Shown here in pieces: positions 10,223 through 20,223 of a DNA stretch of 64,000 nucleotides. The DNA comes from a virus. Position numbers and translations under genes: made by a program. Position 1 is the first letter of the stretch; each line of letters opens with the position of its first letter. The stretch is taken from positions 32,001 through 96,000 of IMG/VR virus record IMGVR_UViG_3300044472_000055. One strand, written 5' to 3'. A model generated the notes under the pieces. That model did not search any database, was not told the origin of the DNA, and saw only the letters and a program-made list of their open reading frames with translations.

Positions 10223-11089
10223 ATGAGGACAATTTTGAACTGTTTGGTACTCGCATACGCTCTGCTGGCAACGACTACGGTGGCGCATGCCACGGATGTT
10301 CCTGCGTACCGCACGCACGTAACTGCCGTCGGAAACAGTCCGACGGTGCAGATTGCTGCAGAAGCCGGTGACCTGATCGTCGTGCTCGGGATGTACAACG
10401 GTCACCTGACCAGTAGCCAGCTGCCGCAGATGTTCTCGTACAGCGACGGCGCGGGTGGGGCCTACAACGATCCGTACTGCGGTGCGCAGTGGAACCAGGG
10501 CCAGGTCTTCGTTCCAGCCGGCCACGGTAAGCCCGGTAGCGGCACGTGGTACTACACGTACGCGAAGTGGCACGCCAAGATGCGGACGCAACTCGTATCG
10601 TCGACGGGAACGCTGACGATTTCGGTGAACACCAGTGGTCGTATCGGCACCGTCGCGGTCATCGCAATCAGCGGCCTGACGGCAATCAATGGCTACCCGC
10701 CGATCAACGGCTGCGGCACGCTCAACACGCAACTTGCGACCGTACGTCAGGTGAAGGCGAACCTGTACTGCGCAAACTGCGGCAACGTGAATCCGATCCT
10801 CGCCGGAACAACGCCGCTGGTCCCCAAGAGCACGACCACGCAGCAGCAGGCGTTCCTGTCGTCGAGCCTGATCATTGCTGTCGCAATGAATGACGAAGCA
10901 GCGCCATCGCCGGCTGCACCGTCAGGATGGACGCAGCGCTTCACTGTCGGGACTACGGCCAACTCCGATACCTTCGGAATGACCGTATCGACAAGGGACG
11001 CCGGATTCTCCGGCACCACCGTCACATGGTCATCGACCACGCCGACGGATGGCAACGCAGCTGCGATCGAAATCCAAGCGATCCAGTAA
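10223..11089 (+). CDS. Secreted beta-rich protein
   Basis: Signal peptide ending AHA, purine-rich RBS, Thr/Gly-rich. Confidence 0.65.
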   Translation: MRTILNCLVLAYALLATTTVAHATDVPAYRTHVTAVGNSPTVQIAAEAGDLIVVLGMYNGHLTSSQLPQMFSYSDGAGGAYNDPYCGAQWNQGQVFVPAGHGKPGSGTWYYTYAKWHAKMRTQLVSSTGTLTISVNTSGRIGTVAVIAISGLTAINGYPPINGCGTLNTQLATVRQVKANLYCANCGNVNPILAGTTPLVPKSTTTQQQAFLSSSLIIAVAMNDEAAPSPAAPSGWTQRFTVGTTANSDTFGMTVSTRDAGFSGTTVTWSSTTPTDGNAAAIEIQAIQ

Positions 11090-11092
11090 GGA

Positions 11093-11668
11093 TCAGCGGC
11101 GACCGCAGCGGCCGACGACCTTGGTGCTCTTCGCGCCTCGGGTCATGCCCTTGGCCCACTCGATCGCCAGCTCTTTCGACGGAGCCTCGATACAGAGGCT
11201 CTGCGAGCCCTTGAGCTTGCGATGCCGCACCGACACGCGGTAACCCGCGAGCCCGTTCATCGCCGAGGGCGGGGGCGTCTTCGACAGCTTCTTGCGGATC
11301 GTGCCTGCTGCGAGTAGGCCGGCACCGACGAGAACAGCGCCGACGATCCACTTGCCGTAGCCCTTGGCCACGCTCTTCGCGTTCGTCACGATGCGCACGG
11401 GCAGCGGGCCATCATCGAGTGCCTGTAGCACTGGAATGAGGTCGTCTTCGGTCTTGTCGAAGGCTGCCGCATACGCAACTGATTCATCCGCGACGGCTTC
11501 GTTGTACGCCTCTTCGAGAAGCTCACGATTGCCGAACGGAATCGTCTCTGCATTGACACCGCTCGGGCCGAACGTCACCAGGACGTAGGTCCAGTCGGAG
11601 TTGTGCGAGCGCCGTGCGGCCTCGGTCTTGTAGTCGAAAGCTTCGCCGAGCGAACGAATGTTCATCAT
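11093..11668 (-). CDS. Membrane virion protein with basic C-terminus
   Basis: RSLG and MNGLAG motifs, one TM. Confidence 0.55.
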   Translation of the reverse strand: MMNIRSLGEAFDYKTEAARRSHNSDWTYVLVTFGPSGVNAETIPFGNRELLEEAYNEAVADESVAYAAAFDKTEDDLIPVLQALDDGPLPVRIVTNAKSVAKGYGKWIVGAVLVGAGLLAAGTIRKKLSKTPPPSAMNGLAGYRVSVRHRKLKGSQSLCIEAPSKELAIEWAKGMTRGAKSTKVVGRCGRR

Positions 11669-11862
11669 CGCAGCACCTTCCCGATGATCACGAGTGCGCC
11701 AATTCCGAGGACGCCGACGGCACTGAGCGCGATCGGCTTGCGGTTACGCCACCACCACGAATCGAACGGGTTGTTCGTCAGGAGGTCGGGCAGATCGACA
11801 AGTCCGAAGGGGCGCGGCCCCCAGAGCTGATCGGCCATCGTATGTTGACGCATGAGCATCAT
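11665..11862 (-). CDS. Small C-terminally anchored membrane protein
   Basis: WWWRNRK followed by TM. Confidence 0.55.
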   Translation of the reverse strand: MMLMRQHTMADQLWGPRPFGLVDLPDLLTNNPFDSWWWRNRKPIALSAVGVLGIGALVIIGKVLR

Positions 11863-11868
11863 GGCTCG

Positions 11869-12261
11869 TTACTTCTTCACCTTCCGCTTGCCGAAGCCCT
11901 GCGAGAAGGCGACGACCGGCGTCACGATGGGTGCGATGCTACCGAAGAAGCCCCACACGAGAGCCCAACCGATGGACTCGTTACGCTTGTAGCCATGATA
12001 CGTGCTGAGCGCGCCCGACACGATGCTGAGCGCCGCCCAGATCTTCGACGCCACGCTCGACTCCCCGAGGCCGTTCAAGCCGTTCATGCCCGAGAAGTAC
12101 GGCCCGAGAGGCTGCACCGTCGTCTGGAAGACGCCCTCAGGGAACTTCACGAATGGGTTGATCTTCGGATTGACGGCAGGATCCATCGAGAACTGCCACG
12201 ACGGGATCAGTCCGAGACCTGCGATACCCGCCGGCTTGGCGGAGTTGCGTGCGATCATCAT
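11869..12261 (-). CDS. Membrane protein, paralog A (YHGYKRN.SIGW)
   Basis: TM hairpin, IAGLG and MNGLNGLG motifs. Confidence 0.65.
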   Translation of the reverse strand: MMIARNSAKPAGIAGLGLIPSWQFSMDPAVNPKINPFVKFPEGVFQTTVQPLGPYFSGMNGLNGLGESSVASKIWAALSIVSGALSTYHGYKRNESIGWALVWGFFGSIAPIVTPVVAFSQGFGKRKVKK

Positions 12262-12264
12262 GTG

Positions 12265-12666
12265 CTATTTCTCCTCGGCAAAGCCTTGCGCGACCATGAT
12301 CGCGCTGGTGAACACGGGGAAGACGGTTCCACAGGCGAACCAAATCATCCCCCACAAGATTGAAGTGTTGCGGCGATAGCCGTGGTACGCGGCGAACGCT
12401 GCTGCAGTGAGTGTGAGTGCACCCTTGATCTGCGAGCCGCTGAGCTTGCCTGCCGTATCGATCCACGACAACGCACCCGCGACCGCCGATGCTGCAACGC
12501 CACGCTCGATGAGCCGTTGTGCGGCTTCGGTACGTTCGGCGCCGTACACCTGAAGGAACGGCACGATCTCCGTGCTCGTTGGCTTCGGCGTCTTGAGCAG
12601 GAAAGCGTCGACGGCGCGATCGAGATCATCGCCGGTCGCGCCGAGGCTGAAGACATGCGCGTTCAT
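12265..12666 (-). CDS. Membrane protein, paralog B (YHGYRRN.SILW)
   Basis: C-terminal half aligns by eye with 11869-12261. Confidence 0.65.
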   Translation of the reverse strand: MNAHVFSLGATGDDLDRAVDAFLLKTPKPTSTEIVPFLQVYGAERTEAAQRLIERGVAASAVAGALSWIDTAGKLSGSQIKGALTLTAAAFAAYHGYRRNTSILWGMIWFACGTVFPVFTSAIMVAQGFAEEK

Positions 12667-12668
12667 CG

Positions 12669-13373
12669 TTACGCCGGGAAGTCCAGGGTGTCAGCCGCAG
12701 GAACCTCGACACCGAACTTGTCGTTGCCCGGTAGTGTCGTATCGAGCGCGATGAACTTCTCGCCGCCGAACTTCGGCAGGAGCGCGCCCGGATAGATGTG
12801 GCTCCAGTCGTCCCGCTTGCGCTCCTTCATCACACGCAGGCGTGGCGTGATGCCGTTGAGCGCGAGCAGCGTCGCCGTCAGAATCGACTGGTCGTCGCAG
12901 TCGCCGCCGCCGAATTCGAGCGTGCGAGAGCCCATCTGGTAGAGGTCGACACCTTCGACAGTGCCGTCCTCCCACGCGATCGGCGCGATGTCGCCCGTGT
13001 AGCGGACATTCTGCTTCACGTAGTCGTAGATCGCCTTCGCTTCGCAAAGGCCGTCACGCTCCGGGCAGTTACGCGTGATGTCGAGCGCGAGCTTGCGCAT
13101 GCGCCCGTCCTGCACACCCTCGCGAACGTAGCGCTGGATCGTCGCCAGTCGCTGCTCGATCGGCATGTCGTCCGCCTTGCGCAGCTGCGTGCGAAATCCG
13201 CCCGCGTTGCGCTCGCTGATGACGGGCGCTTCAGGTACCTGCTTCAGCGAGAGTCGGCCGAGTGCGCCTTGCTTTTGCTGGCGTCGAAAGAGGATCGCAC
13301 CACCGATGACCAAGCCCACGCCAGTGAGGCCGGTGAGCAACATAAGGCGATTGGTCTGCACGCCTGTCAGCAT
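12669..13373 (-). CDS. Transglutaminase-like cysteine protease with N-terminal TM (candidate maturation protease)
   Basis: IYDYVKQNVRY, GDCDD (Cys), WSHIYP (His), IALDTT (Asp) triad. Confidence 0.85.
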   Translation of the reverse strand: MLTGVQTNRLMLLTGLTGVGLVIGGAILFRRQQKQGALGRLSLKQVPEAPVISERNAGGFRTQLRKADDMPIEQRLATIQRYVREGVQDGRMRKLALDITRNCPERDGLCEAKAIYDYVKQNVRYTGDIAPIAWEDGTVEGVDLYQMGSRTLEFGGGDCDDQSILTATLLALNGITPRLRVMKERKRDDWSHIYPGALLPKFGGEKFIALDTTLPGNDKFGVEVPAADTLDFPA

Positions 13374-13396
13374 ACACGAAGTGATAGGCTGACTCT

Positions 13397-15043
13397 GTGC
13401 TGACCTTCGGTCGTAAATTCTTCGGACTCGGTGCATTGGCACCTACGCGCTCCACGGAGCCCAGCAAAACATCGCTCTTTACGACGACAACGCCAACCAA
13501 TACGACTCCAGTGCCAGTCGTTGGCATGTGTACACCAGATGGAAAGTACATTTGGAGTGGCAGCGGTTGGGCAGCAAAGCGCGCCGCCCAAACGTGTCAG
13601 GGCACGTTTGATCCGAACATCAAGGTGCCCGCACCGACGGCTGCTCCGAGCTATTCGTGCTCGCCCGATGGATTGGAGTACGTCTACGACGGTGCTGCAG
13701 GCGTGTGGCAACCGACAGGCCGCACGTGCACGCCGACGGCAACCCCGACGACACCGCCAGCATCGGTGAACACGCCGACGAATCCGTACAGCGCAACGAA
13801 CCTGCCGACGAGCAGCGGTGGCGGCATCACGGTCACCGAACGTCCAAGCCTGCGCACGGTTCTTGGGAAGCGAGACGCGCTTGTCTCGAAACTCAACATC
13901 GATGCGATCGCGGAATTGATCGCGCTCGCACCGACTCTACCCGCGTGCCCAGAATCGTCTCTCGGTACCGACGGAGATTGCTACAGCCAGACACCACATC
14001 CTTCGCTTCCTTCGATGACCTTGCCGCCAGGTTCATTCGAATACTTCGGCGTGGTGTTCCACGTCAGCGAGATTCAGGCGGGCGGACGGTTCGAGAAGAA
14101 CTTCTTCGTGCCCGACGCGAATCAGAAGCTGCTGATGGATGCCGCGCTCCTCGAAGCTTCACATCGAGTCTACGCGAGCTACGACGACATCTCATTTTCG
14201 GTGAAGGCTGCATCACAGAATCGACCGGATGATTTCCGGACGGCTGTGGATGGCTTCGCGCTCAATCCCGTGCAGCCCACTGAGGAGGAGATGACTACGG
14301 GTGGCGGCTACGCACGGTGGCGGGCTCGTGGCGGATACCCCCTCTCGTTGGAGATTCTGCGTGGAGCAAAGCGCGTCAATGAAACTGGCGTGAGCTTTCC
14401 AATCTGCGCGTCCATCAAATGCGCGTGTCCCCAGGACAACGCGAAATACGATGCATGGCGCGGCGTCGGGTACATCGCGCCCGACCAGCAAGTCGTGCAG
14501 TGGCCTCGCTGCATTGGCGGTGTGATCTCAGCCAAAGGGCTTCAGACAGGCATCGGCACGGACCCGATCAGCTGGGACGTGTTCATCGCGATCGACGAGT
14601 CCAACCCGTCGCAGTACTCGATGCACCTCGTCGCGCAAAAAGACAGCTGGGTGGAAAAGGTCGGCGAGTTCATGGCCGAACAGCTGCAGAAACTGGCCGG
14701 TGTGTTCTGCGCGGCCGCGCCCTCGGTCAAGGAGCAGCTCACGACAAGCGTCTCCGAGAAGTGCGTCGACAAGCAGCAGAAGTCTTGTACGAAAGGCGCG
14801 CCTGGCTGCACATGCGTGAAGCCGACAACGTCGGCGCAGGTTGGTGTTCACGCGTTCAACGCGTGGGCATCGTATTGGTGCGGCGCATGGATGCAGGAAA
14901 ATACGGCCCCCATGCACGAGGAGCCGATGCCGCAGGTACCGCCTGAAATGCAAGCTGCGCCTTCGATGCCATGGTGGCAGTGGGGCCTTGTCGCCGCTGG
15001 TGGCGTTGGTGTCGGCGCCATGCTCTTCAATCGGAGGAAGTGA
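13397..15043 (+). CDS. Large Cys-rich, C-terminally anchored virion protein
   Basis: FFGLG start motif, two C[TS]PDG..Y.[WY] repeats, Thr/Pro linkers, terminal TM plus NRRK. Confidence 0.65.
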   Translation: MLTFGRKFFGLGALAPTRSTEPSKTSLFTTTTPTNTTPVPVVGMCTPDGKYIWSGSGWAAKRAAQTCQGTFDPNIKVPAPTAAPSYSCSPDGLEYVYDGAAGVWQPTGRTCTPTATPTTPPASVNTPTNPYSATNLPTSSGGGITVTERPSLRTVLGKRDALVSKLNIDAIAELIALAPTLPACPESSLGTDGDCYSQTPHPSLPSMTLPPGSFEYFGVVFHVSEIQAGGRFEKNFFVPDANQKLLMDAALLEASHRVYASYDDISFSVKAASQNRPDDFRTAVDGFALNPVQPTEEEMTTGGGYARWRARGGYPLSLEILRGAKRVNETGVSFPICASIKCACPQDNAKYDAWRGVGYIAPDQQVVQWPRCIGGVISAKGLQTGIGTDPISWDVFIAIDESNPSQYSMHLVAQKDSWVEKVGEFMAEQLQKLAGVFCAAAPSVKEQLTTSVSEKCVDKQQKSCTKGAPGCTCVKPTTSAQVGVHAFNAWASYWCGAWMQENTAPMHEEPMPQVPPEMQAAPSMPWWQWGLVAAGGVGVGAMLFNRRK

Positions 15044-17488
15044 TGTTGACTGCTGTGGTGCTGCCGACAACGTTCGTGCAGAAACGAGCAACAGATGCAC
15101 TCGCACCGAACGTCGGAGACCGAGCGGCACTGCTAGTGGCAACGCCGACGCCGACACCAGTGGCGACGCCGACGGCATCGAGCCTGAAGTGGTGGCACTG
15201 GGCAGCTGTGATCGGTGGTGGCGCCATTCTCGGGGCATTCCTGCTTCCTCGCAGAACGATGCTCGCCGGCACGTCCATGCTGACAACGATTGCCCAGGAA
15301 GCGCGATCGCCTGAAGAATTCGCGCGTCGCGCGGAAGCATGGAACGCGGCCGAAGCACAGCCTTTGTCGATCACGCGTCTCGTGAAGGCGTATCGTGGCG
15401 CAAGCCCGGGAACGACAGCACGCCTGATCCGTGAAGCCCGTGAAGCACGTCTCGTGAAGCGCGAGCGGCTGTGGTCGGGTATGTCTAAGGGCTTGCGATA
15501 GCGCGCTCGCGCAGCGCAAACGATAGATGGTAGGCTCAGCAGCAATGCTGATCCCCGTCGTGCTTTCTGGTCCGCCCGCGCATCTCATGGGGTCGGCAGC
15601 TATCGAACAGCTGCAGACCGCACTGACGAGCCTCGCGAAGGTTCGTAATCGTCCCGCGATCAATCCCGGTGGTGTGACCGGCGAGCTGAACGATCAGACG
15701 ATGGTCGCGCTCAACGCTGCTCTCGGCATTCTCGCCGAAGAACTTCCGAGCTGGCTCTACCTCGCACTGCAGGGTGCATTCATCGCGGGCGGCACGTCCG
15801 ACACCGCGAAGAAGTACACCGCGCAATACGCGCCACAGCTCACGATTGCCATCAACACGGCAGTCACGAAGTACCGCATGAGTCATCCGACGGCGCCCGT
15901 TGTCGTCGCGGATCCTGTGGTCGCTGTGAGTCCATGGGACGGCTGGTACAAGAAGCCGTGGGGCATCGGTCTCATCGTCATCGGCGTGCTCGGAGTGGGT
16001 TACTTCATGTTCTCGCCCAAGAAGGCAGCTGCGTAAGCTCGTCCCATGTTCTTCGGTGTCATCGAAGACGTTCAGGCGATCGTCCACAAGGCAGGTCCGT
16101 ACCTGAACACGATCGTCAAGGTCGTCAACGACCCGGCGCTTCCGCAGTTCATTGCGCGAGTCGAAGCGATCGACGCGCTCGATTCAGGCGGGAGTCCGAG
16201 TAGCTCGTCGACCGCAAATGCTGATCGCAGTGGCGTCGGGCTCAAGAATTTCTTGATGCCTCTCGACGCATACATCTACGTTCGAAAGAATCCGTGGGTG
16301 CCGTGGGCGCTCGGTGGCGCGTTTGTGCTCCTCGTCGGCGGAATCGGGTATGGCATCGGAAAACGAAGGGCCGTACGATAGCCGCATGCATACTGTCGGC
16401 GTCGCGCCTGGAACCATCACGATGCAGCTCGGGCAGTGCCCGGCCGACCCGCCGTGGCAGTACTTCACGCCGCCGTATCCAGGCTACGGCATGAAGCGGC
16501 CCGTTGCTGCGGCCGGTCCGACGGTCAAGCCGATCGAAACGACGTTCGAGCCCTACGGCACGGAGAGCAAGCTAATGGGGTTGCGCGCCGCCGATCCGCT
16601 GGCGACGCGCTGGGACATCGTCGCTATGGCAGCCGGCGGTACGCTGCTCGCGGCCGTCGTACTTGCAGCCATTGCTACGCGATGAGCACGCCGCCCATTA
16701 CGGCGCTCCTGTGTGAGCGCTGCGGGCGAGACGGCAACGCGAACGCCGTGGCAAACGCCGAAGAGTACGCAAAGCAAGCATCGACACCGAAGCAGGCTGC
16801 GGAACGCTTCAGAGGCTACATTCGGCGGCATCCGTACCTGCAACGATGTGGTAAGTGCTCGACGGTGTACTGCACCCGAGAAGGCTGCACGTGCCGATGC
16901 TAGTGCTATGCATGGGCTGATTGAGGTCGTGGTAGCGTAGTGTCCATGAGCCTCGGCATCATCCTCACGCCCTACGGCCAGATTCCTGGCGCGTACCCGT
17001 CGGCGATCAACTACAGCTACGGCGGCAACGGGCAGTATCTTTGCCCGCCCGATCCGCAGTTCAACACGCGTGGCGAGCAGGGGCTCTACTTCGACACGCA
17101 GCTCGGCAACGGTCAGAAGCTATCGTTCTGGCAGCGAATGAAGCTGCGCCGTCAGCTCGGACAGATCCCGACTGACGCCGAGTTGTCGACGGTGTATCAG
17201 TACACGCCTGTCGCTTCGGGATGGGTTGCCTCGAAGGAGGCCTACTACCCGAACCCGTGGCTGCCGCCGAATGGGTGGAATCAGGCCGGAGCATACGGCC
17301 CGCAGCCGCAGCTACGTGGTCTTGCCGAGGGCGAGGTCTCTGCTGATGCACACGATGTCATCGCGGCGCTTAATGCCCACAATGCACGCGTGTTCGCGCT
17401 GACGTTGGTGTCGACGGCAGCCGTCGCGATCTCGGCGACTCTTGGCGCGTACCGCACGCTCAAGCTACTGCGCGAACGCAAGAAGTAG
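15043..17488 (+). CDS. Run of small, mostly TM-anchored putative virion genes (15043-15501, 15545-16036, 16046-16381, 16386-16685, 16682-16903, 16940-17488)
   Basis: Tightly packed; Trp-led TM anchors with basic ends; LxG/LG motifs; 16682-16903 is a small CxxC protein. Confidence 0.6.
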
Positions 17489-17615
17489 TGTTCTCCGAGG
17501 ACGAATATCGAACAGACACTGAGCGCGTGATCGCATACGCGATCGCTACTGGTCGAGCAGTTGTCACGAGAGCCGATGGGACACCGAGAGTTGTTATCTT
17601 GATCCCGAAAGTAGA

Positions 17616-17652
17616 AATCCCCGCCCCGAGAGAATTCTCAGGACGGGGGATT
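17616..17652. terminator. Hairpin between convergent genes
   Basis: AATCCCCG...CGGGGGATT imperfect inverted repeat. Confidence 0.45.
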
Positions 17653-17689
17653 GTCGACGAGTAATTCGGCGTGAACCCCGTCGACGAAA

Positions 17690-18430
17690 CTACGTCTTCT
17701 CGATGATGACCTCTTCGCCGCCTGCGTAGAGGATAGAGAACGGGCGCGAGAGATGCGCGGTCCGCACGCGGCCGTCGACGAGGATCTTGCCGCCTTCTTC
17801 CTTCACCTTGTGACAGAAGTATAGATCCTCGCTCAGCTCGTCGGTGAACTTGAAGTTCAGGTGGCCTGCCTTCTTGATGTTCACCGCGAAGATCGCTGTC
17901 GCGAGCGCGTCACACGATGTGAGCTTGCGTGGAAGCTCGCTCGGCGCCAATGCGACGAGCTTGCCTTCGGCAGGCGTAGCTTCGTGTTCGCCATATCCCG
18001 CATAGGCGATGCCTGCCGGTTTGGTTTCGTGCCAGTCGTAGACCATCAGCTCCGACGTCGGAGGCTTGAAACGATCGTGCCCGCTGTAGCGACGGATCAC
18101 GGGAGCACCGACGATCGTCGCTCCTTCTTTGTCGGCTTGCGAGATCATGCGCAGCAGTTGCACGCCCGCGTCCTCGTCACCGTTATTCACGGCCCACGTA
18201 TCGGCGTCGATCATCAGGAGCCAATCGGCGCCCGCATCGAGCGCTTCACGCAGTAGCCGATTGCGTGCCTTCTCGATGCCGCAATTGTCGATCATGAACC
18301 ATCCTGCAAGCTGGAAGCGTTCGTGACTCAGGGCCAGCGTGTGACCCAATTCGAGGAACATGAGAGTGTGTTCGGCAGAGACCTTGCCGCCGTACGCGGG
18401 CAGCCCGAAGGCGATTTTAAGGATGCTCAC
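17690..18430 (-). CDS. GT-A fold (family 2-like) glycosyltransferase
   Basis: ARNRL, LLMIDAD (DxD), SEDLYFC, H at C-terminus. Confidence 0.75.
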   Translation of the reverse strand: MSILKIAFGLPAYGGKVSAEHTLMFLELGHTLALSHERFQLAGWFMIDNCGIEKARNRLLREALDAGADWLLMIDADTWAVNNGDEDAGVQLLRMISQADKEGATIVGAPVIRRYSGHDRFKPPTSELMVYDWHETKPAGIAYAGYGEHEATPAEGKLVALAPSELPRKLTSCDALATAIFAVNIKKAGHLNFKFTDELSEDLYFCHKVKEEGGKILVDGRVRTAHLSRPFSILYAGGEEVIIEKT

Positions 18431-18618
18431 AGGTGTCCTTGGTTGAGGGCCCAGACAGCAATCGTTGCCGTCAGAAGCGTCAGGAAGAGGCAGACAGCAA
18501 GGATCAGGCGCCAATACTCACCGTTGTCATCGATGTGATCACCGACGAGCACGAGGGCCATGAGAGTCAAAAAGCCGAGAAAGATGATCATTGGATTCAA
18601 CCTTGGTAGGCTCGATGC

Positions 18619-18918
18619 ATGGCCGAGGCCCGTCTCCCGACGTACAAGACTGCCGCAAGCGTTCTCGAACGAGACAAGGGCTCGGGCCTACGCCTCGCCG
18701 GATGGACGGTCGCACGCACGCTGCTGATCGCACCGCCAATGATGGTTGTCGGCGTTCCAGCGCGGCAGGCATTCATGGGTGCCGGCATTGCGTCGTTCTT
18801 CATCTCGATGCTCACGGTGCTTCGCGTGTTCGATGCGAGGTCTACGAACCTTGCCGGATTGAAGTACGGGAAGCGGCAGCACGCGCTCGCCGCTGGCCGA
18901 CGCCCCAAGCGACGATAA
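18619..18918 (+). CDS. Small membrane protein with LAG motif and basic tail
   Basis: TAGGCT-N6-ATG; ends NLAGLKYG...LAAGRRPKRR. Confidence 0.6.
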   Translation: MAEARLPTYKTAASVLERDKGSGLRLAGWTVARTLLIAPPMMVVGVPARQAFMGAGIASFFISMLTVLRVFDARSTNLAGLKYGKRQHALAAGRRPKRR

Positions 18919-19429
18919 TCGGCAGCGCCGGCCATAGTGCGCCGAGAAGCGCCCCAGAACCCGCCGCGATCGCGAGATCGCGCCATGCAAACCCATGCAC
19001 GCCTTCGTCCACGTCGAGGTCTTGCTTGCCAGGCACTGCCAGCAGACAGCCTGTGATAACCATCGCTGCGAGCACGGCGCCGATGATGTAGACGTCGACA
19101 CCAAGGAACCACGCACTACCGAGCGATAGTGCGATGGAGAAGATGAGCTGCACGATGAACGTGATCACAGGCGCTCCTTGCAGACCGGATGCGTGTACTG
19201 CCAGTGCTTGGAGTCCGCCGGACGGTACTGCCACCGTCCGATGCGCTCGTTAACCGAACGGATCACGATCCGACGCATTTTGCCGTCGCGTCCTCTGGTC
19301 GAACGACGCCGGCACTTACAGCGAAGACATTTCGCTGGACGTCCAGATCGGATCAACCCGTACTTGTGCGTACGGTAATACTTGAATCCGTCGTGTGCGT
19401 GGTCACCTTCGCGATCGCCCTCGTCGATA

Positions 19430-20110
19430 TCACTCACGGTTCTTCAGCTCCTGTTCAGCGGTTTCCATCGCCGCATTCAATTCACTCGCGCGAGCATCAC
19501 TGCCGCCGACATCTGGATGCGCTTCGGCGATCAAGATCCGATGACGAGCTTTCGCGACAGCGAGTAGCTCTGACGGTTCGAGGCCTTCCGGCCATGCACG
19601 CCCGCATGAAAGCACCGTGCGCCAATCGCTATGTGGCTGTTGCGGTACGATCTCTTGCCCACTACCGGGCGGGAGCGCAGCGAAGCCGGCAAACGCTTGC
19701 TCGACGGTAACCGCACCCCAGCGTTCCATGCCTCGCATCGCGTTGATCGACAGTGCGATCGCGTGGAGGTTGTCGGCAATGGAGTTGTACTTGTCGCAAG
19801 GAATGCAGTACGGCACGTGCATCCACCTGCCGCCGCGTTTCTCTTGTCGCGTCCAGTACACGGCGACGCCCGGATCTCCGTTGGGCGCTACGCCCTGCCG
19901 CGCGTAAGGGGCAGAGTTGTCGCCATTCAGTGCCAGGTTCGACGAGATGACGATCGTCTTGGCTCCTGCCAAACGCAGCTCGTTGCGAATGCGCTCGTAT
20001 TCGGTCACCACCGAAGGCTTATCGAATGCGCTGACACGCCGGTATCGTGTGCGAACGACGCCTTGTGGCCACGTCAGTGGGTGCGCGCTCTTGGGTACGA
20101 TGATCGACAC
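19430..20110 (-). CDS. Phage protein with C-terminal J-domain
   Basis: PLTWP, DPGVAVYW, CDKY, RGMERWG, AFAGFAALP, HPDVGG. Confidence 0.8.
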   Translation of the reverse strand: MSIIVPKSAHPLTWPQGVVRTRYRRVSAFDKPSVVTEYERIRNELRLAGAKTIVISSNLALNGDNSAPYARQGVAPNGDPGVAVYWTRQEKRGGRWMHVPYCIPCDKYNSIADNLHAIALSINAMRGMERWGAVTVEQAFAGFAALPPGSGQEIVPQQPHSDWRTVLSCGRAWPEGLEPSELLAVAKARHRILIAEAHPDVGGSDARASELNAAMETAEQELKNRE

Positions 20111-20223
20111 GCAAGCGTTGTACGCGCTGGGGCTGACGATGCCGTCAACTGGCCGAAAAAATTCGAGGCCGTCATCCTGCGCACGATGACGGCCCCGACG
20201 GTGTTTCTCGTGATGTGGTGGCG

